Below the pieces are notes generated by a model. It ran no database searches. It had not been told where the DNA came from and saw nothing but the letters and a program-made list of their open reading frames with translations. Below are positions 20,311 to 29,222 of a DNA stretch of 64,000 nt, in pieces. Source of the DNA: an uncultured delta proteobacterium. GTDB lineage: Bacteria > Desulfobacterota > Zymogenia > Zymogenales > Zymogenaceae. Made by a program: the position numbers and the translations under genes. Where the stretch lies: the NCBI GenBank assembly GCA_963792965.1, contig CAWBYW010000007.1:658177-722176 (forward strand), read 5' to 3'. The stretch's first letter is position 1. Each line of letters begins with the position of its first letter.

Positions 20311-20749
20311 ATGGAAACAAAACCTGAGAATCGAATAAACAAGCCCCGGATTTCTTCCGTGGTTAAGATTATCCTTTTGGTATTGGTTGTATTCGTGGCG
20401 GCAGGTGTGTTATACATCTCTGCAATACGGCCCGGCGTAATTGGCCGACACCGCCGTCGCCCGTGATTCGCTTCCCGTCCTCGTGGACCTGGGCGCGGAC
20501 AGGTGTATACCCTGCAAGATGATGGCGCCGATTCTTGAGGAACTCAGAAAGGAATACAAGGGTAAGCTTGAGGTTGTCTTTTATGATGTATGGAAAGACC
20601 CCGCTCCCGCCGATAAATTCAAAATATACGGCATTCCGACACAGATATTCCTTGATGAAACCGGAAAGGAGCTGTATCGTCACGCAGGCTATTTCTCAAA
20701 AGAAGAAATACTGCGTAAATGGAAAGAGTTAGGCTATGATTTTCAATAG
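20311..20749 (+). CDS. membrane-anchored thioredoxin; frameshift near 20440
   Basis: ATG 20311 with RBS gives a TM anchor (IILLVLVVFVAAGVLY); second frame gives DLGADRCIPC...IPTQIF. Confidence 0.8.
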
Positions 20750-20876
20750 GAACCGGTGTCCCGCGGGAAAGAGATATGTTCTTTCAAAAGACGTATACGT
20801 CGTGCTGTGATGAGACAGGCAACAAACGAAACGCGGTAGTACCGTACCGCTCTTACATCTGAGGAGTTGTTAGTTC

Positions 20877-21486
20877 ATGAAACCAAAGACCGTCGTCACC
20901 ATAATCCTGCTGCTTTTCGTCGCGGCCAGCGTCGCCTACCTTGTTGTGGGAGAACGCGGAGGGCAAACCAAAAGCCGAGACCATTCCCTCCGGGTCCGCC
21001 CTGACCGATCCCGTTCCTAACAATTCTGTCGATACTAATAGCTCTCGTGGGACGCCTCCGGCTGTCGCTTCTCCGGCGGACACATCGTCAGAGGGTAGAA
21101 CCCCCCCGAGTAACCGCGTACCGCCGGCGACAGTGTCTCCCGACACCTATGTCGTCGTTTACTATTTCCACGGCTACTATCGCTGTATGACCTGCCGGAC
21201 GATCGAGATGTACACGCGGGAGGCCGTCAACGAGGCCTTTCTCAAGGAGCTCGGCGACGGCAGCCTTCACCTGCGCGTTCTCAACATGCAGGATCCGGTC
21301 AATGAGGCATATGTGAAGGACTTCAAATTGGAGTACTACGTCGTCGTGCTTGAGAAGGTGGTTAATGGCAAACGGGTCGAATGGAAGAAGCTCGAGGGGG
21401 TGTGGGACCTCCTCAAGGATAAGGACGCGTTCAAGAAATACGTCGTAAGCGAGACACGGGACTACCTGAAGGGAATTAACCAATGA
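20877..21486 (+). CDS. arsF: ArsF-family (thioredoxin-like) exported protein; frameshift near 20950
   Basis: ATG 20877 with signal/TM MKPKTVVTIILLLFVAASVAYL; VYYFHGYYRCMTC motif; precedes ArsG-like gene. Confidence 0.72.
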
Positions 21487-22175
21487 CGGACCTTATCATT
21501 GCCGTCGCTTCCGCCTTCTGGCTGGGGATACTCACCACCGTCAGCCCCTGTCCCCTGGCGACCAATGTCGCCGCCGTATCGTATGTTGGGAGAAACGTCA
21601 CAAGCTCATGGAAGGTCTTTTTTTCCGGCCTTCTCTACACACTGGGGAGAACGACGGTCTATGTTATCATCGGGGTGATCCTGGTCAAGAGCCTGCTTAC
21701 GGCCGTGAATCTATCTTTGTTTCTCCAAAACCATGTCAACCAGATACTTGGCCCCATCCTCGTCGTTGTGGGTATGGTCCTGGTCGGGTTGATCAATTTT
21801 AACATCTCCGGGTTTGGCCAGAGCAAGCGGCTCGAGCGATGGGTTGACGCCTTGGGCTTGGGAGGGGCGTTCCTCCTGGGGGCGGTCTTTGCGCTCTCGT
21901 TCTGCCCGGTCTCGGCGGCGCTGTTTTTCGGGAGCCTGATTCCCGTTGCAGTGGCCAGCGGATCGGTCCTAATCGTCCCCTCCGCCTACGGGGCGGCAAC
22001 GGGCCTGCCGGTGCTGGTTTTCGCGGTGCTGTTGGCCGCCGGGGTAAAACAAATCACCCCTGTATTCGACAAGATCGTCCGTTACGAGATATGGATCAGG
22101 CGTATCACCGGCATCGTTTTCATCCTCGTGGGAATCTATTATTCCCTCGTATACATCTTTCGGATCTATGGTTGA
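21483..22175 (+). CDS. arsG: ArsG-family / CcdA-like membrane protein
   Basis: SPCPLATN and LSFCPVSAALFFG paired TM cysteine motifs. Confidence 0.78.
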   Translation: MTDLIIAVASAFWLGILTTVSPCPLATNVAAVSYVGRNVTSSWKVFFSGLLYTLGRTTVYVIIGVILVKSLLTAVNLSLFLQNHVNQILGPILVVVGMVLVGLINFNISGFGQSKRLERWVDALGLGGAFLLGAVFALSFCPVSAALFFGSLIPVAVASGSVLIVPSAYGAATGLPVLVFAVLLAAGVKQITPVFDKIVRYEIWIRRITGIVFILVGIYYSLVYIFRIYG

Positions 22176-22310
22176 AGGTATATAATACGGGCACGCGGGT
22201 CGGCAGTGGCGTCTAATAAGCCCAACAAGAACCGCAAAAATCCGATCGTCCATCGATCGCTGCCATAAGGTGTATTGCTTTTGTCATTTACCGGTTAATA
22301 GGAGAATGGC

Positions 22311-23369
22311 GTGAAAACTGTGGTAGTGGAAGAAAAGAAGCTCTCGTTCGTCGACCGGTTTCTCACCGTCTGGATCTTCGTCGCCATGGCCCTTGGAATT
22401 GGGATCGGGAACTACTTCACGTCGGTCACCGATTTCATATCGGGGCTCCAAATCGGCACCACGTCCATCCCCATCGCCGTGGGTCTCATCCTCATGATGT
22501 ACCCGCCGCTGGCCAGGGTCAAGTACGAGGAGATGGGAAAGATCTTCCGGAACAAGAAGCTTCTTGTCCTTTCTCTCGTTCAGAACTGGATCATCGGGCC
22601 GCTCTTCATGTTCGGCCTTGCGGTGCTGTTCTTGCACCATTACCCGCACTACATGATCGGCGTCATCCTCGTGGGGCTTGCCCGCTGCATCGCCATGGTT
22701 ATCGTCTGGAACGAGCTGGCGGGGGGTGACCGGGAGCTCACCGTGGGACTCGTGGCCTTCAACGCCGTCTTCCAGGTTCTCTTCTATGCGGTCTATATCT
22801 ACCTCTTCATCACGGTGGGGCTCAACTGGCTGGGCCTTGCCAACGGTGTTCAGGCGCAGATTTCGTTCTGGGACGCCGCCAAGACCGTCTTCGTCTACCT
22901 CGGGATACCGTTCGTGGGCGGCATTGTCACCCGATTTTCACTCCTCAAGCTGAAAGGGAAACAGTGGTTTGAGGAGGTGTTTGCGCCGCGGATCGGCCCG
23001 ATCACCCTTGTCGCACTCCTCTTCACGATCGTCGTCATGTTCTCCCTCAAGGGAGGCTATATCATCCGGCAGCCCTTTGACGTATTGATCATCGCGGTGC
23101 CACTGGTCATCTATTTCCTCGTCATGTGGTTCGTAACCTACTTCATCGCATATAAGATTGGGGCAAACTACGGCCAGTCGACCGCCGTCTCCTTTACCGC
23201 CGCCAGCAACGATTTTGAGCTTGCCATCGCCGTCGCGGTGGCCATCTTCGGGATCGCGTCCAGCGAGGCGTTTGCCACGGTGATCGGCCCGCTCTTGGAG
23301 GTGCCCATCCTGATCTCGCTGGTCAACGTGGCCCTCCGGTTCAAGACGCGCCTCTTTGCCCGCGCGTAA
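22311..23369 (+). CDS. acr3: ACR3-family arsenite efflux transporter
   Basis: [40 protein letters not shown]. Confidence 0.95.
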   Translation: MKTVVVEEKKLSFVDRFLTVWIFVAMALGIGIGNYFTSVTDFISGLQIGTTSIPIAVGLILMMYPPLARVKYEEMGKIFRNKKLLVLSLVQNWIIGPLFMFGLAVLFLHHYPHYMIGVILVGLARCIAMVIVWNELAGGDRELTVGLVAFNAVFQVLFYAVYIYLFITVGLNWLGLANGVQAQISFWDAAKTVFVYLGIPFVGGIVTRFSLLKLKGKQWFEEVFAPRIGPITLVALLFTIVVMFSLKGGYIIRQPFDVLIIAVPLVIYFLVMWFVTYFIAYKIGANYGQSTAVSFTAASNDFELAIAVAVAIFGIASSEAFATVIGPLLEVPILISLVNVALRFKTRLFARA

Positions 23370-23388
23370 AGAGACGTTTTTCCACCCA

Positions 23389-23427
23389 TAAAAAAGCATC
23401 CCAACGACCTCTTGGTCGTTGGGATGC
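23389..23427 (-). terminator. intrinsic terminator (14-bp stem), possibly bidirectional
   Basis: gcatcccaacgacc-tctt-ggtcgttgggatgc with an A-run on the left, between convergent genes. Confidence 0.75.
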
Positions 23428-23476
23428 CGCCTGACCTGTTCCTGTCCTGACCAACCCCCTACCCGCTATCGCATCG

Positions 23477-24226
23477 TCACTTCGACCCGGTCGGCCCGAG
23501 GATCGCCCGTGCTCGCTCCCTGCCAGTCTCGGTTCGGAAAACCGTGCCGATGACGCGCTCCAACTGTTGCTCCGTCTCCGGCATCTTCATGTCCCCTTCG
23601 AGGAAATTGACGATCGTATCGGCGTCCCAGATGATCCGAAACTCGAGCGTGTCGATATCGCGCGCGCTGTGGTGGCTTCCCACGATGCGGCAAACGTGCT
23701 CAATCACATCCTTGTCCATCCCGAGATGCTCCATGATCCCTTTTGCGATGGGAGGCCCCTCCATCTCCTGGTACCTCGGCGCGCTCGAGCCGTGCTTTTG
23801 TTCCGCCGCCTGAATGCCGATGTCGTGCAGGAGGGCCGCGGCCGTGACGACCGGTCCGTCTCCGCCCTCCCCCCTGCGGATCGCCTCGGCGTGAGAGAGG
23901 ACCGCCAGCGCATGGGCGACACGTTTTGCATCGCTTCCGAATTGGGCCTTCATCGACTCGATCAGCCGAACCTTTAAGGGCGAGGGAACGTTGGACTGGG
24001 CGATGTCCCCCCTATTTCTGCCGAGGCATTGTTCGGCCCGCCCGCACCAACGGGCACACCCGAGCCCCACACGCGGGTTTTCGATGCGCTGCCCGCACCG
24101 GCACCTGCGCGAAACCTCATCCTTGAAAAACTCGACCGAGCCGCCACACGCGCTGCATTTCACCTCGAAGATATCCCCCGGCTTCCAGTAGCGGGAGTCC
24201 TGTCCCGGACAGATGGACTGTGTCAT
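23477..24226 (-). CDS. HD-domain phosphohydrolase with N-terminal Cys-rich zinc-ribbon
   Basis: CPGQD, CSACG, CRCG, CARWC; H...LHDIG...HH...DAD. Confidence 0.85.
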   Translation of the reverse strand: MTQSICPGQDSRYWKPGDIFEVKCSACGGSVEFFKDEVSRRCRCGQRIENPRVGLGCARWCGRAEQCLGRNRGDIAQSNVPSPLKVRLIESMKAQFGSDAKRVAHALAVLSHAEAIRRGEGGDGPVVTAAALLHDIGIQAAEQKHGSSAPRYQEMEGPPIAKGIMEHLGMDKDVIEHVCRIVGSHHSARDIDTLEFRIIWDADTIVNFLEGDMKMPETEQQLERVIGTVFRTETGRERARAILGPTGSK

Positions 24227-24268
24227 GGCGCCGCCCTCATTTGAAAATATGAAATGTCTCCATTTCCA

Positions 24269-25072
24269 TCACCGACCGACACCCCGTACCTCCCCCTTTC
24301 CCGCTCCCGGCTCGATATACTCCTGGAGGATTTCCCCGCTCCGCGATATGATCACGGCGCGCAGGATCGTGTCGTTGCCGGCAAGACCCACGGCTTCCTT
24401 TGCCATCGTCATGAGCCCGTGGCAGCAGGGGACCTCCATATGGGCCACGGTGAGCGATCGCACGCCGGCCTCTCGTATGATATCGGAGAGTCGCTCGACG
24501 TAGTCCTCTGAATCGTCGAATTTAGGACAGGCCAACGCCACGGATCTGCCCCTCAGGAGCAGCGTGTGGAGGTTCGGGAACGCCGCAGCGGCGCAATCGG
24601 CGAGGAGCACGAGATCGCATCCCTCAAGAAAGGACGCCTGTGGATTCAACAATCTCAGCTTTATGGGCCAGTGCGTCAGCTCGGATTGGATATCTGAAGC
24701 ATGACCCTCCTTGCCGCCATGCGGGACCGTCCGCTCTATCGTCATCTCGTGGCTCCCCGGACAGCCGCATGCAAGGGGTGCGACAGACGGCTTGGTCGCG
24801 CTCTCGGGGCCTCCATGGGTGTGGCCATGCGTCGCATCGACGTGGTCGTTTGACCGATCTTCGTCGAACTCGTCCGCTTCGCGCTCAATGACCCTGAGAG
24901 CGCCTGTCGGACACTCCCCGATGCAGGCCCCCAGACCGTCACAATAGACGTCGGAGACGAGCTGGGCCTTCCCGTCGACAAGCACAAGCGCCCCCTCGGC
25001 ACAGGCGTCGACACACTGACCGCAGCCGCTGCACGCGGATCGGTCGATTTCAATGATCTCTCTCTTGCTCAC
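24269..25072 (-). CDS. 2x4Fe-4S ferredoxin-domain Fe-S protein
   Basis: CSGCGQCVDAC, CDGLGACIGECP, GCPGS, WPIKL, CPKFD, MEVPCC. Confidence 0.88.
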   Translation of the reverse strand: MSKREIIEIDRSACSGCGQCVDACAEGALVLVDGKAQLVSDVYCDGLGACIGECPTGALRVIEREADEFDEDRSNDHVDATHGHTHGGPESATKPSVAPLACGCPGSHEMTIERTVPHGGKEGHASDIQSELTHWPIKLRLLNPQASFLEGCDLVLLADCAAAAFPNLHTLLLRGRSVALACPKFDDSEDYVERLSDIIREAGVRSLTVAHMEVPCCHGLMTMAKEAVGLAGNDTILRAVIISRSGEILQEYIEPGAGKGEVRGVGR

Positions 25073-25491
25073 GTTTTCCCTCCAAAGGTGGTCATCACAT
25101 CCGAGATGCGCGTGTTCATCAGGTATCCTCTCAGCTCCTCATTGATCCTCTTCACCAGATCCCCGAAGATGCAGTTCCCCTTGTCGCACAACGGCGTCTC
25201 CAGCAGACACGCCTGCCCGACGAATTTCCCCTCGATTACCTCCCAGACGGCCATCAGCGGCGTGGCGTCGGCGCCGTCCATCAGCACGAATCCTCCCCCA
25301 CGCCCGCGCGTGGACGATACGAGTCCCTCTTTGGCCAGCCGCTGGAGCACCTTGGCCAGGTGCGCCTCCGACGCGTGAAGGGTGGCCGCCATATCCCTTG
25401 CCGATAGCGGTTTTTCCCTATCCATCGAAAGAAGCGCCATCGTGTGGACGGCCAGCGACGCGGCCTGGGAGATCTTGAGTACGGTGGTCAT
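25069..25491 (-). CDS. Rrf2-family transcriptional regulator (3 Cys)
   Basis: HLAKVLQRL...STRGRGGGF, CLL...C...C. Confidence 0.9.
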   Translation of the reverse strand: MTTVLKISQAASLAVHTMALLSMDREKPLSARDMAATLHASEAHLAKVLQRLAKEGLVSSTRGRGGGFVLMDGADATPLMAVWEVIEGKFVGQACLLETPLCDKGNCIFGDLVKRINEELRGYLMNTRISDVMTTFGGKT

Positions 25492-25524
25492 GGCATGTTC
25501 ACCTCATGGTGACTAATAGGCATT

Positions 25525-25559
25525 CAGGTATCAGTATACCTGTTTATACTGATTGTCAA
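25525..25559. promoter_or_regulatory. putative Rrf2 operator/promoter
   Basis: Overlapping palindromes CAGGTAT-N4-ATACCTG and ATCAGTATA-N6-TATACTGAT next to a minus-strand TTGACA (25554-25559). Confidence 0.5.
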
Positions 25560-25819
25560 CTCTTCTTTCACGTCGAAATAGGAAAAATCGGCTCTTGTGA
25601 GGCGCTTCGGGATGAAGCGCCGAGGGATGGGAGGGGAGCGATACTACGGTGCGAGAAATCGGACAAGACGAAGGGGCGGATCGGGGAATTCGGCGGACGT
25701 GCCGCGGCCGGCGGGACCTACAGAGGGTCGCGTCAGGCTCGGATCGCCTGCATCACACCGTGTCTCTCTCGCAATTCCGCCCGTATCCGCGTGGAGGGCC
25801 GCATCTGGATACGACCTCG

Positions 25820-26032
25820 CTACCGCCATGCCGCCAGAAACCGCGCCAGCGACCTGTCGTAGCTCTTCTCAACGTCCTCGGGGAAGAGGCAGCCCGGCAG
25901 CTCGTTCTTCTTCCTGTGGTGGGCGATGCACTCGCAGCACCTCCCCTTCCGGCTGCAGGCAACATACGTGCAGCCGCACCGGTCAAGGTTCTTCTGAAGG
26001 CTCGGGCACTGCGCTTTCGTCGTTTCCGTCAT
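25820..26032 (-). CDS. small Cys-rich protein (DUF6485-like)
   Basis: CGCTY..CSRKGRCCECI.HH...ELPGC.F...E..YDRS; GGAGG RBS. Confidence 0.75.
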   Translation of the reverse strand: MTETTKAQCPSLQKNLDRCGCTYVACSRKGRCCECIAHHRKKNELPGCLFPEDVEKSYDRSLARFLAAWR

Positions 26033-26050
26033 CTCACGGTGCGCCTCCCG

Positions 26051-26866
26051 TCAGATCCCAAGGAGCGCCTTGGGGTTGGTCTCGGTCATCTGCACAAACG
26101 TCGTCTCTTTCAGTTTGAGCTCTTTTAGCTCCTTCATGATCCTGACCCGCGTAAGCAGCGGGTAGTCGCTGCCGAAGAGGACTTTCCCTGTAAGCGCCGT
26201 ATCGGCAAGCCGGATGACCCCCTCGGGAATGTAGCGCGGGGCCCATCCCGCGATGTTGAAATAGACGAAAGGATTTCGCCTCACCACCGCCAGCGCCTCC
26301 TCCCACCAGGGGTAGCCGAAGTGGGCGATGATGAGCTTGAGCCGTGGGAAGTCCACCGCCACGTCGTCCACGGGCAGGGGCCGGCAATACTTGATCTTTG
26401 TGCCGAAATGGAACTGGGTGCCGGTGTGAAAGAGGACCGGTACGTTCAACGACTGGGCGGCCTCGTAGAGGGGGTATATCTTCTTGTCGTTGATATCAAG
26501 CTCCACAAGATGCGGGAGCAGCTTGAGCCCCCTGAGCTTGAGCTCGCCTACCGCCCGCTCGAATTCCTTCAGGCCGTCCTTGCCCTTGTGAGGGTCGACG
26601 CTCGCAAAGCCGATGAGCCGGTCCGGGTATTTTGCGACGGTCTCGGCGACGAGATCGTTTGAGACCCGGTATTTGTGGATCGTCTCGGCGTCCACGGCGA
26701 CGATGACCGCCTTATCGACGCCGGCGGCGTCCATGTCTTTCAGCGTATCCTCGATGGACGGAAACCCCATGTCTTTGAACATGGACTTGTAGCCCTCGGC
26801 CATCGCCTTGGGGAAGCTCTCGATGGCCTCTTTCGTCCAGAGCTGCGAGTGGGTGTCGATGATCAT
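26051..26866 (-). CDS. amidohydrolase_2 family metal-dependent hydrolase/decarboxylase
   Basis: IIDTH, GLKL, FHTG, IIAHFG, FGSDYP; AGGAG RBS before ATG 26866. Confidence 0.88.
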   Translation of the reverse strand: MIIDTHSQLWTKEAIESFPKAMAEGYKSMFKDMGFPSIEDTLKDMDAAGVDKAVIVAVDAETIHKYRVSNDLVAETVAKYPDRLIGFASVDPHKGKDGLKEFERAVGELKLRGLKLLPHLVELDINDKKIYPLYEAAQSLNVPVLFHTGTQFHFGTKIKYCRPLPVDDVAVDFPRLKLIIAHFGYPWWEEALAVVRRNPFVYFNIAGWAPRYIPEGVIRLADTALTGKVLFGSDYPLLTRVRIMKELKELKLKETTFVQMTETNPKALLGI

Positions 26867-26915
26867 GTAATGCTCCTTATGCATGCGAGTGAGGGAGAAT
26901 CCTCCCGCTTGAGGA

Positions 26916-27417
26916 TTACCTTTTCCTGTTCAGCACCGTACTCTCAATAAAATCGGCCATTGCCCCCACGTCGGCAAGATCGATTACGCGCGCGTCCGTC
27001 TCCACGGGGCAGTCGGACGCGACGGCGATGAGGTTATCGTCCTTCGTGCAGAGGAGCTTGTCCCTGATCCCCTCGCGGAAGACCTCGATCTTGGGGTGGA
27101 CGTCCTTCTTGAAACCCTCGGAGATGATGATATCGACGTCACCGATGAACCTCTCCCTGATCTCCGAGAGCGTGAGGTCGTCGATTCGTGTCGGCGATCA
27201 CGGCGATCCTGGTGGGGGAGGAGATCACGGTCACGGCGGCGCCGGCCTCCCGCAGCCTGAAGCTGTCTTTGCCCGGCACGTCGATCTCAAAGCCGTGCAC
27301 GTCGTGCTTGATCGCGCAGATCCTGAGCCCCCTTCCCACGAGCTCGGGGATCAACCGTTCAAGGTAGGTCGTCTTGCCGCTGTCGGACCACCCGACGACG
27401 CTGATGATGGGAATCAC
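26916..27417 (-). CDS. mobB: molybdopterin-guanine dinucleotide biosynthesis protein B; frameshift near 27185
   Basis: GWSDSGKTT, IKHDVH, PGKDS; other frame continues DIIISEGFK...PKIEVFR...IAVASD to TAA 26916. Confidence 0.85.
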
Positions 27418-28016
27418 AGGTTCTTCTCCCGGGCGATGAGCTTTGCCCGCTCGTAGTCCTGGGGGGTGTTGATGTTGAAAAAAGAGAGAAGCTCCCGATC
27501 CACGGCCAAAAGCTCCTCCTCGCCGACTAACCGCACGTTCACATCGTTCAGAAAAGAGATCGCCTGCTGCGTTCCGGAGCTAATCCTCTTCTGGACGGCC
27601 GCGAGACACCGCTTACTGTACGCCGCAAAAAGCGGCTCGTAATAGCCGTTGAAATACGGTACCGCGGCATCGCTGTCCCCTCGCGCCGCGACGAGATATT
27701 CGATAAGCTCCCGTTTAATGAAGGGCATGTCGGAGGCCGCGAAAAAGGCCGCGTTGTCCACAAGGTAGAAGAGCCCGGCGTGGATGCCCCCGAGCGTTCC
27801 GATGCCCGGCATCACGTCACGCCTGGTTTCAAGGCCGAAACGGGCGTATTTTTCCGGCTCATTGGTAACGATGATAGTGCGGGAAAACACCGATCCGAAA
27901 ACATCGATTACGCGCTCGATAAGCGCTTTTCCCCCCACCTCCAGAAACGACTTATCCGTGCCCATTCGACGCGACGACCCACCCGCAAGGATCACGCCGG
28001 TCACGGATCCTTCCAT
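27414..28016 (-). CDS. mobA: molybdenum cofactor guanylyltransferase
   Basis: ILAGGSSRRMGTDK, DMPF, EPLFAAY, FNINTPQD. Confidence 0.93.
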   Translation of the reverse strand: MEGSVTGVILAGGSSRRMGTDKSFLEVGGKALIERVIDVFGSVFSRTIIVTNEPEKYARFGLETRRDVMPGIGTLGGIHAGLFYLVDNAAFFAASDMPFIKRELIEYLVAARGDSDAAVPYFNGYYEPLFAAYSKRCLAAVQKRISSGTQQAISFLNDVNVRLVGEEELLAVDRELLSFFNINTPQDYERAKLIAREKNL

Positions 28017-28976
28017 CTACTGCTCGTCCGCCGTATCGGGTGGACTGCCGGCCGACTCCGGGGTGTTCTTCTGGAGCCACCGATAGTATTCATTTTCAAG
28101 CTTATTGAGCACCGAGTCCCGGAAAATCAGCGACCCGACCGGAACCATCTCGCCGGTCATCCGGTACGGGCGGGCGGCACCTATGGTCACGGTGACCCTC
28201 CCGAGCCGCTTCCCCTTCTCGTCGGCCGAGACCATATAGACGCCTTCGTGAAGCGTGGGTATGGGGATCGGTTGGGGCTCGCTCGTGGTGATGATGAGGT
28301 CCACGCCCGGGACGGCCTTGGCGAAGTCGTAGGCGTCCTTGCGGTCCATGGCCAGGAGCGCAACAATAAGGGTTGCCTTGCCCGACAGCTCCTTGACCAT
28401 CTTTCTCCCCGTCTCTCTGGGGTCCGTAAAGGTGAAGGTGTCCACATCGTGGGCGCCGGAGACTCCCCCTCCCGCGATGCCGAAGAAGCCGACCTTGACG
28501 CCGCCGACATTCTTGACAAAGGAGGTCTCGAAGACCGGCGCTCCCGTCTTCTTTAATACGATATTGGAGCTGATAATCTTGAAGCTCGACGTATCCCTGA
28601 TCTTCACCAGGAAGTCGAGCCCGGCCGCCAGATCGTTGGGGCCGACGTTGGCGACGTCATACTTCACCAGGCTCATGCCTTTTGCGACATACTCTGCGGC
28701 TACCTTGTCCTCGGCCTCAGTTATTGAGGAGAGGCTGATGCCGTTAAAAAGAGAATTTCCCGCGTCCACCACGATGACGTTCGGGTTACCCTTCCTTATT
28801 TCGTTAAGGACGGTGGCTCGCCGGGCGAACCCGCCCAGCCGTTTATTCTCTCACCCGCAGGGGATAACTTCGCCATAGTTGTCGCAGGAATGGACGATCG
28901 TCACCATCGCGGCGACGGCCGCAAGCGGCCAGCTCAGGAAAAGCACCAGCAACGACAGCGCATAAAGTTTCTTCAT
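28017..28976 (-). CDS. secreted UshA/5'-nucleotidase-fold selenoprotein (CGU motif, in-frame TGA at 28851-28853 read as Sec), 319 aa
   Basis: ATG 28976 + signal peptide + IVHSCDNYGEVIPCG-TGA-ENKRLGGFARRAT...VVDAGN continuous in frame with ORF 28017..28772; SECIS-like hairpin follows. Confidence 0.85.
28815..28840 (-). promoter_or_regulatory. bacterial SECIS-like element
   Basis: CUGGGCG-GGUU-CGCCCGG hairpin; loop starts 20 nt after UGA. Confidence 0.7.
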
Positions 28977-28995
28977 AAGGGGCCGTTCTCCTCTT

Positions 28996-29211
28996 TTATC
29001 TACTTGTCCAAACGCCGATCAACAGCACAATGAGCCACAATAAAAAGAGTCCGATTATGGCCTTGGTGACAAGCGACAGCTTCCGCCGGTCGCCCTTTCC
29101 CCTCAGCGACCGGATGTAGTAGTAGAGATAGACGAAAAACAGGACGCCCAGCAATGCCCCGACGCCCAAAAAAGTGATGACGATGATCTTGATCGCGATA
29201 GGATTTGACAT
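28996..29211 (-). CDS. small two-TM membrane protein
   Basis: Two hydrophobic stretches; tightly packed in the operon. Confidence 0.65.
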   Translation of the reverse strand: MSNPIAIKIIVITFLGVGALLGVLFFVYLYYYIRSLRGKGDRRKLSLVTKAIIGLFLLWLIVLLIGVWTSR

Positions 29212-29222
29212 GGAAGAGCCCC

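Noticed and set aside
17933-21486. Additional Sec codons in ars-cluster redox proteins
   Set aside because: The CxxC and other Cys motifs checked are encoded by TGC/TGT.
14650-23430. Genomic island or transposon carrying the ars cluster
   Set aside because: No integrase, transposase, tRNA or flanking direct repeats seen.
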